This document shows positions 13,899-63,780 of a stretch of 64,000 nucleotides of DNA, piece by piece. The notes under the pieces are model-generated. The model was not told the DNA's origin. It saw nothing but the letters and a program-made list of their open reading frames with translations, and searched no databases. Each line of letters opens with the position of its first letter. Positions within the stretch are counted from its first letter, which is position 1. The DNA is from the human T2T-CHM13v2.0 reference genome, Homo sapiens, in assembly GCF_009914755.1 (NCBI RefSeq), contig NC_060925.1. The stretch is one strand, 5' to 3'. Position numbers and translations under genes: made by a program.

Positions 13899-14259
13899 CG
13901 GAGAAGTTGCAGGGGGACTGCATAACCATCAGTGGGGTGCTGGGATTTCAGCTCAGGGGAGGTGGAGGAGGCAAGTGCTCAGGGACTTCTCAGGGCATTT
14001 TATTCCTGAAAGGGAGCCAGTAGGCAGAGGTTACACCCTGGAGCAAGAGCGTTCTGGGCATCTGCTGCGGCAGGTTCCCTACTCAGAATGGGGGTTAGGA
14101 AAAGTAGGCTTCTAAGGTGGCCCTGAGGTCACACAGCATACTAAACTGATGCTGTAGACTAACATGGAATAACAATCTTTTATTAAGTGGAAAAAAACAG
14201 GTTATGGAACAATAGGCAAAGTGGTTTGATTTACGTAGAATAGACTCACGTAGAAAAAA

Positions 14260-14543
14260 GGCTGGTCTAGGTGCAGTGGTTCATGCCTGTAATCCCAACA
14301 CTTTAAGAAGCTGAGTGGAGAGGTTGCTTGAGACCAGGAGTTCAAGATGAGCCTAGGCAACATAGCGAGACCCTGTCTCTGCAAAATTTCTTTTTAAATT
14401 AGCACGCCCAATAATAGTCCTAGCTAGTTGGGAGGCTGAGGCACTGTGATCGTGCCACTGCATTCCAGTCTGGGTGACAGAGCGAGATCCTGTCTCAACA
14501 ACAACAACAACAAAAAAAAAAAAAAAAAAAGAAAAGGAAAGAA
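14260..14543 (+). mobile_element. AluJ with an internal deletion
   Basis: Diverged dimer with a (CAA)n-A tail. Confidence 0.85.
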
Positions 14544-17500
14544 AGACTGTAAACCTTATCCTCAAAATGCTAGCAGCAGTTATCTCTGGACAGTGGCTGA
14601 TGGATGATTTTTTTCCTTTGTGTCTTGTGTATTTTCCAAATTTTCCATAATGAGCATGTTACAAGAAAATAAAACGACCCAGGAAAGCAACACATTTTAA
14701 ATGAGAAAATCTTTTGACCAATAATTTCATTTGTAGGAGCCTGAGGAGCCCGAGGTCCAGGGAGGTGGCAGGGGAAAGGGTTGGGCTTCTACTTACACCA
14801 CAGAACACATAGAAAGATGGACAGTATGTGAAAGATGATCATATTTGTGTAAAAGAAAATGACATTTGTTTATGTGTAAGCAAAAATGCCTGCAAGACTC
14901 GCACTGACTGTTAATAGCTGCTGACTTCTGGGACTGGGGAAGAAGGAGAATGAGAATTTCTACTGTGTTTATTTTCATTTTTTAAAATGAGCACAAGTTA
15001 TGTTATAATTTGTTAAAAAAGCAAACAAATAACTTTCCTAGTCTCTGCCTCTTTTCCCTGGCTCTCCCTGCACAAAATCTAGGTGTCGGGGGAATGATCA
15101 GTGAGGGTCGCTCTGGGGGCTCAGCATCATCAGGGAGGGGTTATCTCTGGTCTGTAAGTTCCCTCCCATCTTGGAGATGGGGTAGTTTCAAAATTACAGC
15201 TTGACATTAGCTACTTTTCAGCCAGAAAACATTTTCTGACATTCTCTCTGCACCCAGCATGCAAAACCATAGGACAGGATCCCCATCTTGAGATGCTCAT
15301 GCCTAGTGGCAGTGGGAGACCCAGAGTCCTTCTTGGAAAGCCCAGGGTCAGTGAATCTCCTGGACCTGGATGACTGACACAGCCTGCCTTGAGTGGGACA
15401 TGAAGGATGAGTAAGATTTCAACAGTAAGGAAAAGGAGGGCATTAGGTAGGGGGAAGAGTACTCCAAAAGCAGATTCATTAAGGCCAAAAATATGCTTAT
15501 CATTCTCCACGTGGGATCATAAAGGTCCACATGTCTGATTCTAACATTATATGCATAGGTTGTTTTCCTCCTGCAGAGGAAGCCCCTGCAAACAGAAAGG
15601 CTGTGGTGCGTGGCCATTAGCCTGTATTGGGCTGCTGGTGGGGAGGGCTGAGTGCTGAGGATGGGGGCAAGAGTGGGACAGATCAGCTGGAAAGACAGGA
15701 GCCACCAGCAGCTGCTGTAGAGCTGCCATATGGTGTCATGAGAAGTCCCCTATCTCTTTCTATCCTCCCCATAATCTTTCCTCTGCTGCTTGTCAGGGTT
15801 TCTAAGATCCCACCATCAGCTACTCTTCCGGGAGTGGTTCCTATTATAAATGTGCATAGGTTGTAGACAGGGAGACATCTTAAACAGTAAGCCAGTTAAC
15901 CTGAGGAACACCGGAGGGTAAATTTTGATGGAGGAATGAAAGAAGTGGGGAAGGACTTTCCAGGAGTGTGGCAGAGGGGGGTCCCTAAGAGGAAAGAGGG
16001 GAGAGAGGGGTACCAATGGACAAACTCCAGGAAGCTGCCTCAGGCTAGAACCTTTGCCTGTCCCTCTTGTTCAGCCGATGAGGAACAGGGATGCTTACGG
16101 TGGCGATGAAGGAGCTGTCCAGGGTCATTGGTGAGTCAGAGACGGAGCTGGGGTTTACCCAGGTCTCGACTCACAGCCCCACCCTGGTGAGAGGCACAAA
16201 CCTCCAGCCTGTCTGCTTTTTTTGGTGACCTTTCAGGTCCCATATCTGCTTCTCCCTTCTCCCAGTGGCAAGAACAGTGCTGCTGGGCCCCAGGACCTCG
16301 CTTCTGATTGGCAGATCTGGCAGCTTGGTCAGGGAGGGCCTTTGACCTGCGGTATGTGGTAAGCAGAGGAAGCAGGCACAGGGGCTCAGCCTGCAGGGAG
16401 TGAGGGGGCAAGAGCCTCTTTTCTGGGGAAAAAGACTTCAAAACATTCAAACCACCTGATATCCCAGGGCTTTCTCTAGTGCCATGAAATCAGGGAACCC
16501 CCTTGGGCCATCAGTCCCAATGCTTTCACTTACCTGGGACTCCCTGCAGCTCCAGCAGCTGCCTGGGCTGGGCTTTGTCCTTGCTGTGGCTGGTGCTAGC
16601 TCTGAACTCTGTTGCCAGCAAAGGAGGACCAGGTGTGGGCAGGTATGAAGTGGCTCTGCCCTGGAGGTCCAGGCCAGCTCTCTCTTCTCCTTGGAGAGGA
16701 CAACAGAGGAAGGCACCCAGCTCCTGGTGCCTGGGGTTGTTGGAACCCTCCTCTCTCCCCTTCTCCTTCTGCTCAGGCTCCAGGTTCCCAGGGGGTAGGA
16801 GGAGACACCAGAATCCACAAGAGGGAGACTGAAGTTTGCATGAAAAGAGCCGATGGCTGGGAGTCAGGAGACTTGGATCTGGCCCTGACTGTGCCCTGCA
16901 GGCTGCTGTCTTTGCATCTGTGTCTCAGTTTTCTTCTATGTAAATGGCAGGGCTGAGATCAGGGGTCTCTCATCAGCCATGTTGGGGCCCGTGATGCTGA
17001 CTGGCATGCACACCCCAGGGAGGACTTCCTGATTTGATCACCCTTTTGCCCCCTCCTTCTCCTCTCGGAGGAGCTGCAGCCCCCAACTCTGATAGGCCCT
17101 CTTGTACCCCCGCAGACCTTCTTAGATGTGGGACCCTTCTCCTCTGAGCACCTCCCTCCTAAGCTCTGGCCCTGTCCCTTCCAGCCTGGCCTGTGTTCCT
17201 TTTCTTTGCCTGGGCTGGGGCCCTCTCAGTTAGTCAATCTCCCTCCCCTATGTGCTGACTGGGAACCAGGACACTTGAGTACTCATCTCAGCTCCACCAT
17301 ATGCTGTGTGATGTGGAGCTAGAAACTAACCCTCTCTGGGCTTCAGGTTAGACTGGAGGATCACTCAGACCCTTCCAGCATTCAGATTCGATCACATCTA
17401 GTCTCACAGTTTTGGGAAGCTCACCAGGACCTGAAGCTTTGTGCCTCTGATGCCAGCTTCCTGAAAGCCCTTCCCCAGCCCTTATCATGACATCAGGGTA

Positions 17501-17631
17501 GGAAGTCCCTGGGTCTCTGGTCCACAGTGTCAACCCTTCCCCCTCTTCATCTAATTTCAAGGGAGGGGGGAGCATTTTGTAATAGAAATATGATAGAACT
17601 GTTGAAATTTTTAAAGCAGATAGAAAACTGT

Positions 17632-17729
17632 TCTGATAGGTTGATAGGTGCAGCAAACCACCATAGCACACATTTACCTATGTAACAAACCTGCACGTCC
17701 TGCACATGTATCCTGGAACTTAAAAAAAA
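17632..17729 (+). mobile_element. Very short L1 3'-terminal insertion (older L1PA type)
   Basis: ggtgcagcaaaccaccat..cctatgtaacaaacctgcac..ctgcacatgta + A tail; TSD atagaaaactgt at 17620 / 17730. Confidence 0.9.
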
Positions 17730-19817
17730 ATAGAAAACTGTACTATTTTGTATTTAGGTTTAAAAATATATTCTTTTCATCAAGATAGAAAATAAAACAA
17801 AGAAAAATGAACACATTTCAAAATAAAAGTACTTCCCCCCTCCCCTCTCCTACTTTTTTTTGGAGGCTGTGCCTCCCTTTTGTGGTTCAGGATTATAGGA
17901 AGATTGTGTAGAATCTTTGGTGTCCCAGAGTAAGGGGAAATAACCGTGTCCTGATGGGCAGTGATAATTCAACACCTTTGTTAGTACTCCACCTTCCTCT
18001 CCCACCTCCCACCTCCCTCCTAGCCCTCTGTATTTAAGCCTGTGATACCGGGCCTTTGCAACTGACCTTGTGGTGATGTGCTTTGGGGTGGTGAACAGAG
18101 CTGGGACCCAGGCAGGAGGGGAGGAGACAGAGTGCTGCCCAGGTGTGAGCAGTCAGCCTCTCGAGATGGCCTCCCTGGCAGGAGGGAAGGCCCCATCCCC
18201 AGAACCCTTGAGCTGAGTTCTGTGCTGCCAAGAGAATGTATCTCTGTTGTTTTCTGTCCCTGCTGCCACCCCAGAGAGAAGGAGCCAGAGCTAATGGCCT
18301 TATTAGGTGCTGAGCAGGGCAAGCCGTGGGACCTAACGTTAGACTTACAGAATCCTGGACCATCAGAGCTCAGGCCCTGGCAATTAATCAACTAGAATAG
18401 ATACCTAACCCTTCCCCAATAGAGATGGGGAAACTGAGGACCAGGGAAGGAGAGAGACTTGCTCAGGGTCACATGGGGCCTTTCTAACTCCACCTCTGAC
18501 CCTGGGAGAAGCTTGGCTCACAATTGAGACTTGACTTACAATTGCACAATTCCGCAGTGGCGTGGAGCCTGGTTTAACCTCCCACTTTAAATCCCAGGGA
18601 GATCACAGTCCTGGTGGCTGCTGCCTGTCACTGGAGCCATCATCAAAGTTGAGAAGCATTTCCAGAGAGGTCCAGTAAAGAGACATCTGGCTTTAGCTTT
18701 GGATGGACCGGGTTTGATTTCCAGCTCTGCCGAGTACTGGCTGTGGGTCCTCTGGGAAGTGACGTTTCCCTGCTCAAACACTGAGATAATGATACCAACC
18801 ACAGGGGCGTGTCTCGATGGTTAGATAAGGTGTAAAAAGGACCAGTACTTTGCTTGCTGACTACAAATGGGGGCTCCAAATGGGGTTACTGCCATTCTAT
18901 CATTTTTATCTGTCCTGGGTAAGGGCTTTGTTGATCCCTCCTTCCTTCCCAAGCCTGGCCTTTGTCCCCTCTCTTCACTTAATGTGTTAAATGTGGGGTT
19001 CATGATATCAGCCTGACAACCCCAGATTCTTTCCTTCAGGAATTCTCTGGACGTGTATCAAATATATCTCTTGGAGACACCCCCATTTCCAGGAGTCCCC
19101 AGTTGATAATGCAAATTTGGCCTCTATAGTTACTTCCACACACGTGGAAACTGTGAGTAAAGCCTGGGAAGTGGCCAGCATTTCTTGGAGCTGCTGCTGA
19201 GGCTGAGTGGGGAGAAGGTGGAATGCGCCATGGAGGGGGTGCTCCGACCCCAGAGGGAGAAGGCTGAGCAAAGACAGATCCACTGAGCCAAAATGAGAGG
19301 GCGTGGTTTTAGAGCAGTCACAGGGATCTGAGAGGATGGGGGAGGGCTTGGGATACTCTAGTCTCAGAATCACCCCAGTCACTTCCCTGTGAACTGGGCT
19401 GCTCTCCATCAGACAATCAGAGACCTCTCCACCCACCCCTGCCAACAGCCCCTCTCCCATCCTCGTTCTCATTCCTCTTCCTAGAAACCCAGGCAAGTCA
19501 ATGACTGGGGTGGTTCCCTCTCCCCAGCTCCAGGCTGTAGATGAAGATCCACCTGTGGCCTGCAGCCTAACCTCCCTCATTCTGTGGGTGAGGAGGCCAA
19601 GAATGGCTTAGGGTGAAAATGACTTAACAGAAAGCCAACACCAGTCCTGGGCTCCCAGGGGTGCTGTACTCCCTTGCACACTGCAGAGAGCACCCAGTGG
19701 CCTGGGAGACACAGTAGCAAATGGAAGAAGCTACTTCCCTCATTTCTGTTTGCCAGCATAATTTCACAAGCCTCTGACTCTGTGACCATGTGCGGCTCTG
19801 TGGAGGGATACTTTGGA

Positions 19818-20535
19818 GACAAGACAGAATAGTGGGCATGGCCCCCATGTCTCTTGCCTGAGTCACTACGTTCCTTAAAAGATAAATAAACCTAGTCCTT
19901 GCCTTTTCCTGTACAGAAGATAGTGTCTGATGGCATTCATGATTATGCCTCTGTAATCTATAGCCCAGACACACTCTTACATGCAAACGTTGATATATGA
20001 TTCCGCTTTAATGTTACTTCTTTTTTTTTTGAGACGGAGTTTCGCTCTTTGCCCAGGCTGGAGTGCAATGGCGCGATCTCCAGCTCACCGCAACCTCCGC
20101 CTCCCGGGTTCAAGAGATTCTCCTGCCTCAGCCTCCCGAGCAGCTGGGATTACAGGCATGTGCCACCACACCCGGCTAATTTTGTATTTTTTAGTAGAGA
20201 CGGGGTTTCTCCACGTTGGTCAGGGCGGTTTTGAACTCCCAACCTCAGGTGATCCGCCTGCCTTGGCCTCCCAAAGTGTTGGGATTACAGGCATGAGCCA
20301 CTGCGCCCGGTGGCTTTAATGTTACTTCTGAGCAAGTGTGATGTGATTTTGCGTGTACTAAACCTCCACCACCTGTATATAAGCAGTGGGCTAAAATACT
20401 GTCCTGGGCCCGACTGATAGAACCTCTCTAAAGGGCCGCTGCTGGGCTCTAGGCCTGTCTATAGTACTCAGTAAGACTTCTAAGTAAAGTGAACTTTAAT
20501 TCTTTAAAAGCTTGATATTTCTTCTTTAGTCGACA
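19818..20535 (+). mobile_element. ERV1 MER4-group LTR (MER67-like) split by an Alu
   Basis: TATA-like tgtatataag; 3' end ..aagcttga..ctttagtcgaca; subfamily from recall. Confidence 0.6.
20021..20312 (-). mobile_element. AluSp/Sq
   Basis: TSD gctttaatgttacttct at 20005 / 20313. Confidence 0.95.
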
Positions 20536-21289
20536 GTCTTTTCCACTTAAGTGTGCACAGCCTGTGTGTCCACATGCAGAGCCTGTCCTAACTCCCAGCC
20601 AGGATGCTTCCTCATCAGTCAGAGGTGGGATGGACCTCAGGATGGTCCTGGTCTAGGTGGTTCCATACCCGTCACAGCCCATAAGGAGAAAGACAGACTT
20701 CTTGGGTCAGAGCCAGCCCAGAGGTTCAGGAAACCCATACAGCTCCAGGCACTGACTCTGGGAGGCAGCTGGGGGGATAGGGTAGGGCCTCCTTAAGTGC
20801 ACTGCACTTTACAGCTTACCAATAAATTATGTGAAATTGGTATCCTCATCTTCCATGTGGGAAAACTGAGTCCCAGAGAGGGTGGTCATTTTTCTAAAGT
20901 CACACAGTGATGGAGCCTGGATTTGAGCTGAGGTCTGTGTGGTTCCCGAGACCAGGCTCTTGCCACTGCCCCATGAGCTGCCTGCTGCCTGCTCCCAAGA
21001 CTACCACCACCTCTCCTCCAGGTAAAGACTGACAGCCTTCCCTGGCTGGTAAGTTTTTGGACAGGTTTGTGGTGTGGCACTTGCCAGCATGGGATATGGG
21101 ACCCCAGGTAAGTCTTGGCTTCTCTCTGAACCTCAATTTTCCTCCTCTGTAAAATGAGCATAATACCATTTACCCAGCCGGGCTGCTTTGTGGATTAGCT
21201 ATGCTCATGTGTGTGCACTGCCTGGGACAGAGCTGGGTGGGCCTGTGTGTTTGTCAAAATGAATGGAACTGGCTACTGACATCTGTAAC

Positions 21290-21300
21290 TTTAATTTAAT
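21290..21300 (-). terminator. Poly(A) signal: two overlapping ATTAAA hexamers, with an adjacent upstream UGUA
   Basis: Minus strand reads TTGTATTAAATTAAAGTTACAGATGTCA. Confidence 0.75.
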
Positions 21301-21683
21301 ACAAATTGATCATAACTCATAAAATGGGCAACATTTTAAATAAAAATACTGCTGGGGTGGCCCAGATTCTGGTAGTTGAAGGGTTGGGGTAGGGCTGACA
21401 ATTCCTTTTGCCCAAGGGAGGCCCGGGTGGCGGGGGCAGCCATTTTAAGAACCCCCTGTGTTTAGCTCTTCCGGCTACTTTGGGATGGTGTGTTGTGTCA
21501 GAGACCCCAAGTGCAGAATCTAGGCCCCAGGACTAGAAAGAAAAGTCAAGGCCGGGGAGACATTTAGGCTCAGTCTTGCAGCCCACTCCTCCAGTTCCCA
21601 CCTCTGGGCAGGGATAGAGCCAAGGGGCAGGACAACCCTAGATGTGGACTCCACCCTCTCCCGAGTTCTTCACGATTGGATGC

Positions 21684-22140
21684 TGTGGCAGAAAAACGCA
21701 GGTGGGGCTTGCTCCACCCACCCTAACTTCCTTCTAGGGAAATGACATTTCCCAGACTCCCTTGCAGCCAAGGTTCTGGATCTGACTTAAGTTCCCCCAA
21801 ACAGAATCTCTTGTAAAAATTTAGATTTGGGAACTGAGTGAAGTGGGAGAGGGGCAGGCCTCAGGACATCTATTGGCTGGCACGGACCGTGGCAGAGGGA
21901 GCCTAGTTCTGCAGTCAGCAGCTTTCTGGCATAGTGGCTTCCTGCAGATGGGGGCAGCTTTCCTGGTCACAACAGACATGATGAATCTGGCGCTGGGAGT
22001 TCCTGGAAATTCAGCAGAGTCTGCTTCTCCAGCTCTTCCAACAATTTTGCAAGCCACCAGGGGCCAGGTAGTAAATCCTTGTCTAATTAAACCAGCTACA
22101 AGTGGCTCTTGTTTTCTGCAGCAGGATCCTAACTGAGATA
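21684..22140 (+). mobile_element. LTR33-like ERVL LTR inside the TRIM62 3' UTR
   Basis: catttcccagactcccttgcagc..ggttctggat; 3' end aaaccagct..agtgg..tgttttctgca..ctaactga. Confidence 0.7.
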
Positions 22141-23051
22141 GATGCCAAGTCTGACAAGGGGTCTAGCCAACAGCCCCTCCCAGTGCTTGGGTCCTAATTA
22201 CAACAACTGCTTCTGGAAGCCTCCTGCACCCTAGCAGGTCACAGAGGCCTGGCTGAAGAGGGTTGGCTGGACTCTTGTTCAGAGCTACTGGGGACCTCGA
22301 TCATCCAGGGAGGCTTGTCCTGCAGTTGCTTTTAGGCTAATGGGCTCTGCATCAGCTTTGGGTATACCCTCACCCTGTCCCTCGGCCTGTGGGCAGGAAG
22401 GTGGTGGCACATGACTATAATGTGTGGACTCAACTACCAGGTGCCTTCCACAGGCCACAGCATCATCACTGACCAGCAGATCAGTGGGAGAAGTAGGAAC
22501 CATATAGTTCTTGGTGTGGGGGTGGCAGGAGAGGTTGGCTCTCAGGCAACCCTAGGACCAGGTACTACCTGTGACCACTGTGGACTGGGGTCAAGGGTAA
22601 ATGGCCCATCACTAGCTTGGTCAGGGGTAAGTCTTAGGCCATGGGACATAAGAGGGTGCTGTGTGTCTTTCGGGCTGCCAACTACTGGCCATGCTCTGAC
22701 ACTTCCTGAGGTCAGGGCTGGGCTGGAGGGAGACACTGGAAGGTAGTCCCCTGCCCCTGAGAAGATGGGGATGAGGGTTGGGCAGGGGTTGCCCTGAGGA
22801 GAAGCCATGTCACATCCTTGGATCAAAGCTGTATCCCTATCAAGGTCAGAGCTACAGAACATCGATGCTGGAAGAGAGTTTAGGAAGTAGGGAATGCAAC
22901 CTCCATTTTACAGACTGGAGGCTGGAGGGTAAACAACTGGCCTGAGGTCTCCAGTGGCCACGGTGGGCTGGAGTCCAGGTCTTCTATCTCCTGGGCAGGG
23001 CTCTTGCAGGTGGCAGTGGTCCCAGGAGGTTGTGGTCTCCTTCTGCCTGGA

Positions 23052-57945
<34,894 letters not shown>

Positions 57946-58470
57946 CGCGGCTGCCTCCCCGCCCCCGTGGGCGGGACCCAAGCAACTCCGCCCCCGCAGC
58001 GGGCGGGGGAGGGGCGGGGCCACCAGCCGGTTGACCCCGCCCCACCCCCACCATCCTCCAGCTCCCAGGGAAGCGAAGCCCAGCTGTTCCTTCGGGGTGT
58101 GTACTTGGAACTGCATCCAGGTCTCGCTTAGGGTCCCCGCGGCGAGGCGGAGCAGCTAATTTGAGAGCACAACAAATAAACAAGGAGCATCTTTCTGGAT
58201 CATCGATTTGAAGATGTAGAAAAAATCATATTTTGTATTAAAACGAACAAGAATATATTTGGAATACAACTTCTGCATAAAATATAAAGATAAAACTCTT
58301 GAAATGCCCTGCTTGCTTAGAGCGAGTTCAAGGCCCTCACACTCCTAAGCCCTGGGGTCCCATTTCCTCTTCACTTTCTTAAGGAGTGCTTGGGGAGAAG
58401 TTTGGAAAGCCCTGGCTAACATCTGGCCCCGGAGGCTGCCTCCATTGGCAAACAATTCTGGAGTGCTGTA

Positions 58471-58472
<2 letters not shown>

Positions 58473-58502
<30 letters not shown>
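58473..58502. repeat. (TG)15 microsatellite
   Basis: Direct count. Confidence 0.95.
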
Positions 58503-58505
<3 letters not shown>

Positions 58506-59279
58506 GGCGGTGAGGGGTGGAGCAGGAGAGAGGGAGAAAAAGTAATAGGAGAACTTGTCTTGTGTGCCAGATGGAGAGGGGATAAGGGATTTCTAGGCAG
58601 AGGAGACAGCCTGTGCAAAAGCATAGAGGCGTGAAAGGGGAGGGCGCAGTGAAGGAAGTGCTAGTAATTCTGTACTGTTGGGGGTGGGGTGGAGAAGGAG
58701 CCTGGGTGGGCTGGAGGGCATTGTGGGTCATGGTAAAGAATTTCTTGAAGGCATGGGGCTTTCAGGCAAGGGAATGACCTGGTCCGATTGGGTTTCAGGA
58801 AGTCTTGGAGATAATCATTATACCATCTGCAAGGTGAAGAAGACAGGGAGCTTTTCCAATGTGTCTGCGGATGCACAGCACTCAGCACACAGTAAAGGTG
58901 TGTAGCTGAATAACCGCATCAACGCCCTGGGTTGCAGGAGGAAGGAAAGACTGGGCACCCCTAAGGTGCTGTTGTCATCGTGCCTGCAGGAGGTGAGACC
59001 CGAACTGGGGCCTCAGCAGTGGGTAAGGAGAGAAGACTAGGGTATTGCAAGTACAGACACGGTGACATTTGGTGATGGTTGGATACGGGGGTGAGGGAAA
59101 TGAGCCATAGAGGGTGGCTACCAGTTTCTGCCTCCTCCAGAAATATCTTCATTGGTGTTAAACTTTATTGAGGTACAGTTTATGAAAAAGCTCTCAGTTT
59201 AGTTCTCTATGGTTAACACTTTCTCCATCACACCCTCATCTGGCCCAGAATCTCCATCATTGCGAGAAAAATAGTTGGT

Positions 59280-59832
59280 TGCTCATGCAACAGCAGTTTC
59301 TCAACATTTTCTTATGGGCAGAGCCCTGATTTTGGTCAGGTGGCCCCCTTCCCCAAGTGACCCAAGGAAGGCTGACCCCAGCCCATTTCCAGGAGTGAGT
59401 CTTGTTTGGTCCAAGTCCATTATGGTGGTCTCATGGAGTGAGTCTTGTTTGGTCCAAGTCCATTATGGTGGTCTCATTCCTCTTGCCAGTGACGGTTTGG
59501 GCAGGTCCAGCCTGAAAAACTAAAGGGGAAGCCTATGGCAGAGAGGGGTTTTCAGGAAATGGTCTCTTTACTTTGCAAAACAGTCTGCCCCCTTTGCTGG
59601 GATATGTTTGGTGGCAATGCTTGGAATTGCAACAGCCATCTTGCTCCCAGTCTGAGGATGCAGCAAATACAGAAGGGAGGGCAAGGCCAAGAGAGTCCTA
59701 GGGAAGAGAAGCTTTTATTCTGATGCAGAGTCTGGACTTCAGGATATGTGAGATGGTCCATCTTATTGCATAAGCCAGTTTAACAGTAGTGCATTGTCAC
59801 TTTGCAACCCAGAGAATCCCAACTGATATACT
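59280..59832 (+). mobile_element. Old MLT1 LTR
   Basis: ggaattgcaacagccatcttg; ends ttgcaacc..atcccaactgatata. Confidence 0.6.
59392..59477. repeat. Perfect 43-bp tandem duplication
   Basis: ggagtgagtcttgtttggtccaagtccattatggtggtctcat occurs twice. Confidence 0.97.
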
Positions 59833-60204
59833 GACGTGCACCCCTAATGAGGGGGTGGGGAAAGTGAACAGGGCAGAGTCTAAATTATTGAAGCATTTGA
59901 AATGAAATGAAAAAAAAAAAAAGGCTTGATGATGGATGAAACAGTGACTTCATTATTCAACATGTATTTACTGATGCTGACTCCAAGCAGGTCTTTGTGA
60001 GGAGGTGGAATAAACTATGCTCCTTGCTCCCAAGGAGCTGGCAGTCTAGAGGGCAAAATCAATGAGAAATTCTTATCAGGCACAGTAGGGCTTGCTAAGC
60101 ATTCTCACATATATTATTGGATTTCAGTCCCAAAGCAGCCTTAACTAGTTTATATTATTATCCCCGTTTTATAGAGGAAGATACCAAGGCTCAAATAAAG
60201 GAGA

Positions 60205-61002
<798 letters not shown>

Positions 61003-61028
61003 TAAATCCTTTCAGTAGATAGTCTTAA

Positions 61029-61392
<364 letters not shown>

Positions 61393-61887
61393 AGTCTCTT
61401 CTCTTTCACTTTACTTCCCAGTGTTCAGTCCTTTTATCCTCTGAGCAGTTCTTCTCTTGACCTTATTCCATCTCCATTAAGATGCAGAACACTAAAACTG
61501 TTGATTATCTTTACATTTGGCAAGTCATTGCTCTCTCCACATCTGATGTGGTTGAGTGGTCTGAACTAAGACTTAGAGATCCTGACTGCAGTGTATGCCA
61601 TCTGCTTCCATTCATACTCCAGAAATTAACATCAGGAATTTTTTTTTTCTGGAAAGCTATCCAAGAGCTATTGTTGAGTGAGAAAAAGAAAAGAAAGACC
61701 CAAATACACTGACACATAGACACCCACAGACTTAGACACAATCACAGGCATTATTTGCATAACAAAAATTCTATAGAACTATATTCTAATTGTGTTCATT
61801 TGTGGGCTGGGATTATGGGGGACTTTAACTTTTACATTAGATAGCTCTGTTTATTATATATATTTTTGTAATCAGAAAAAATAAAGA

Positions 61888-62800
<913 letters not shown>

Positions 62801-63780
62801 TATTTAAAATTGTTGCATGTAACAGCATCCACCAATACAAGATACAACATCCACGTCCCTTCCTATCCAGGTTACATTTGCTCAAGCCCACTTGAAGGCA
62901 GAGGAGCAGAAGAAGGAACATTGAGCAACTTCCGAGTGCCACGCACTGTGCTAGGTGCTTCATGTGTGTTATTTGATTTGATCCTCACAATAGGATCAAA
63001 TCTCCAGATTTGACTTGTTTCTCCCCATTGGCAGATGAGGAAACTGTGGCTGGGAGTGGGGAAGTGACTTATCTAAAACCAGGACAAGTAAGCGGCACAG
63101 GCTCCTCCTCCTGTGATTCTTGCCTGGGGCCCAAGCAGCTGGAGATGACTCCACATTGTGCAGGCTGGCTGGGCCACAGCTGAGCGGTCAGCTCCACCTA
63201 GCAGACTTTATAAATGGGCAAGCTGGGCTCTGTCGCTCAGTGCCTCCTCCCTATTCCAAACCTTTGCCTGGCTCCTGTAACCCCACAGAGACACCCCTGC
63301 TTCCTCTCAGTGGGGGACCTTGCCTCCTGCTCCATGGGGGAAGTGGAGCCCCCTCCGTGGGGATGTCCCAACTTCCAGTCCCTCCAACCTATCAACTTAT
63401 CTATAGAAACACCTCAAGTACTCTGTGAAATGAAGCAGAGAGTAGAACAAAAAAATGACTGAAATAAATGCATTTCTAACATTATTCATCTTCACCCCCT
63501 TTCCCTGGTCCCAGAGGATGAAGCTCACCTTCTGTTGAGAATGGATTCCTCCCCTAGGGCCCCTTGAATCCACTCAGGCCTCTTCTGGGAACTGACTCCT
63601 TCAATGAGCCCACTTTTGACTCTGTATTTTTGTCTCCTTCCTTGTCATTGGCTGCTTTTCCTCAGCCTAGAAACAGGCTCAACTTCCTATTCAAATGATA
63701 CTCTCTACAGTTGCCCCACCTTGAGCTACCACCTCATTTCTTGCCTGTCTCTAGCCCAGCACTTTGAGAGAATTGTCTGT

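Larger units (their letters stand above)
21277..23051 (-). other. TRIM62: TRIM62 3' UTR (about 1.8 kb)
   Basis: Runs from the stop codon to an AU-rich terminus with tandem ATTAAA and a CA dinucleotide at 21277-21278. Confidence 0.75.

Noticed and set aside
15430-15900. Exon-like pieces on minus (acceptor ctttctgtttgcag) and a 12-mer tgcataggttgt repeated 300 bp apart, as a possible decayed gene
   Set aside because: No recognisable protein family, and about one such 12-mer match is expected by chance in 64 kb; a tblastx to mammals would be needed
17745-17830. AT-rich segment resembling a transcript 3' end (AATAAA on plus, AATACA on minus)
   Set aside because: Strand is ambiguous and no linked exon is visible; needs 3'-seq
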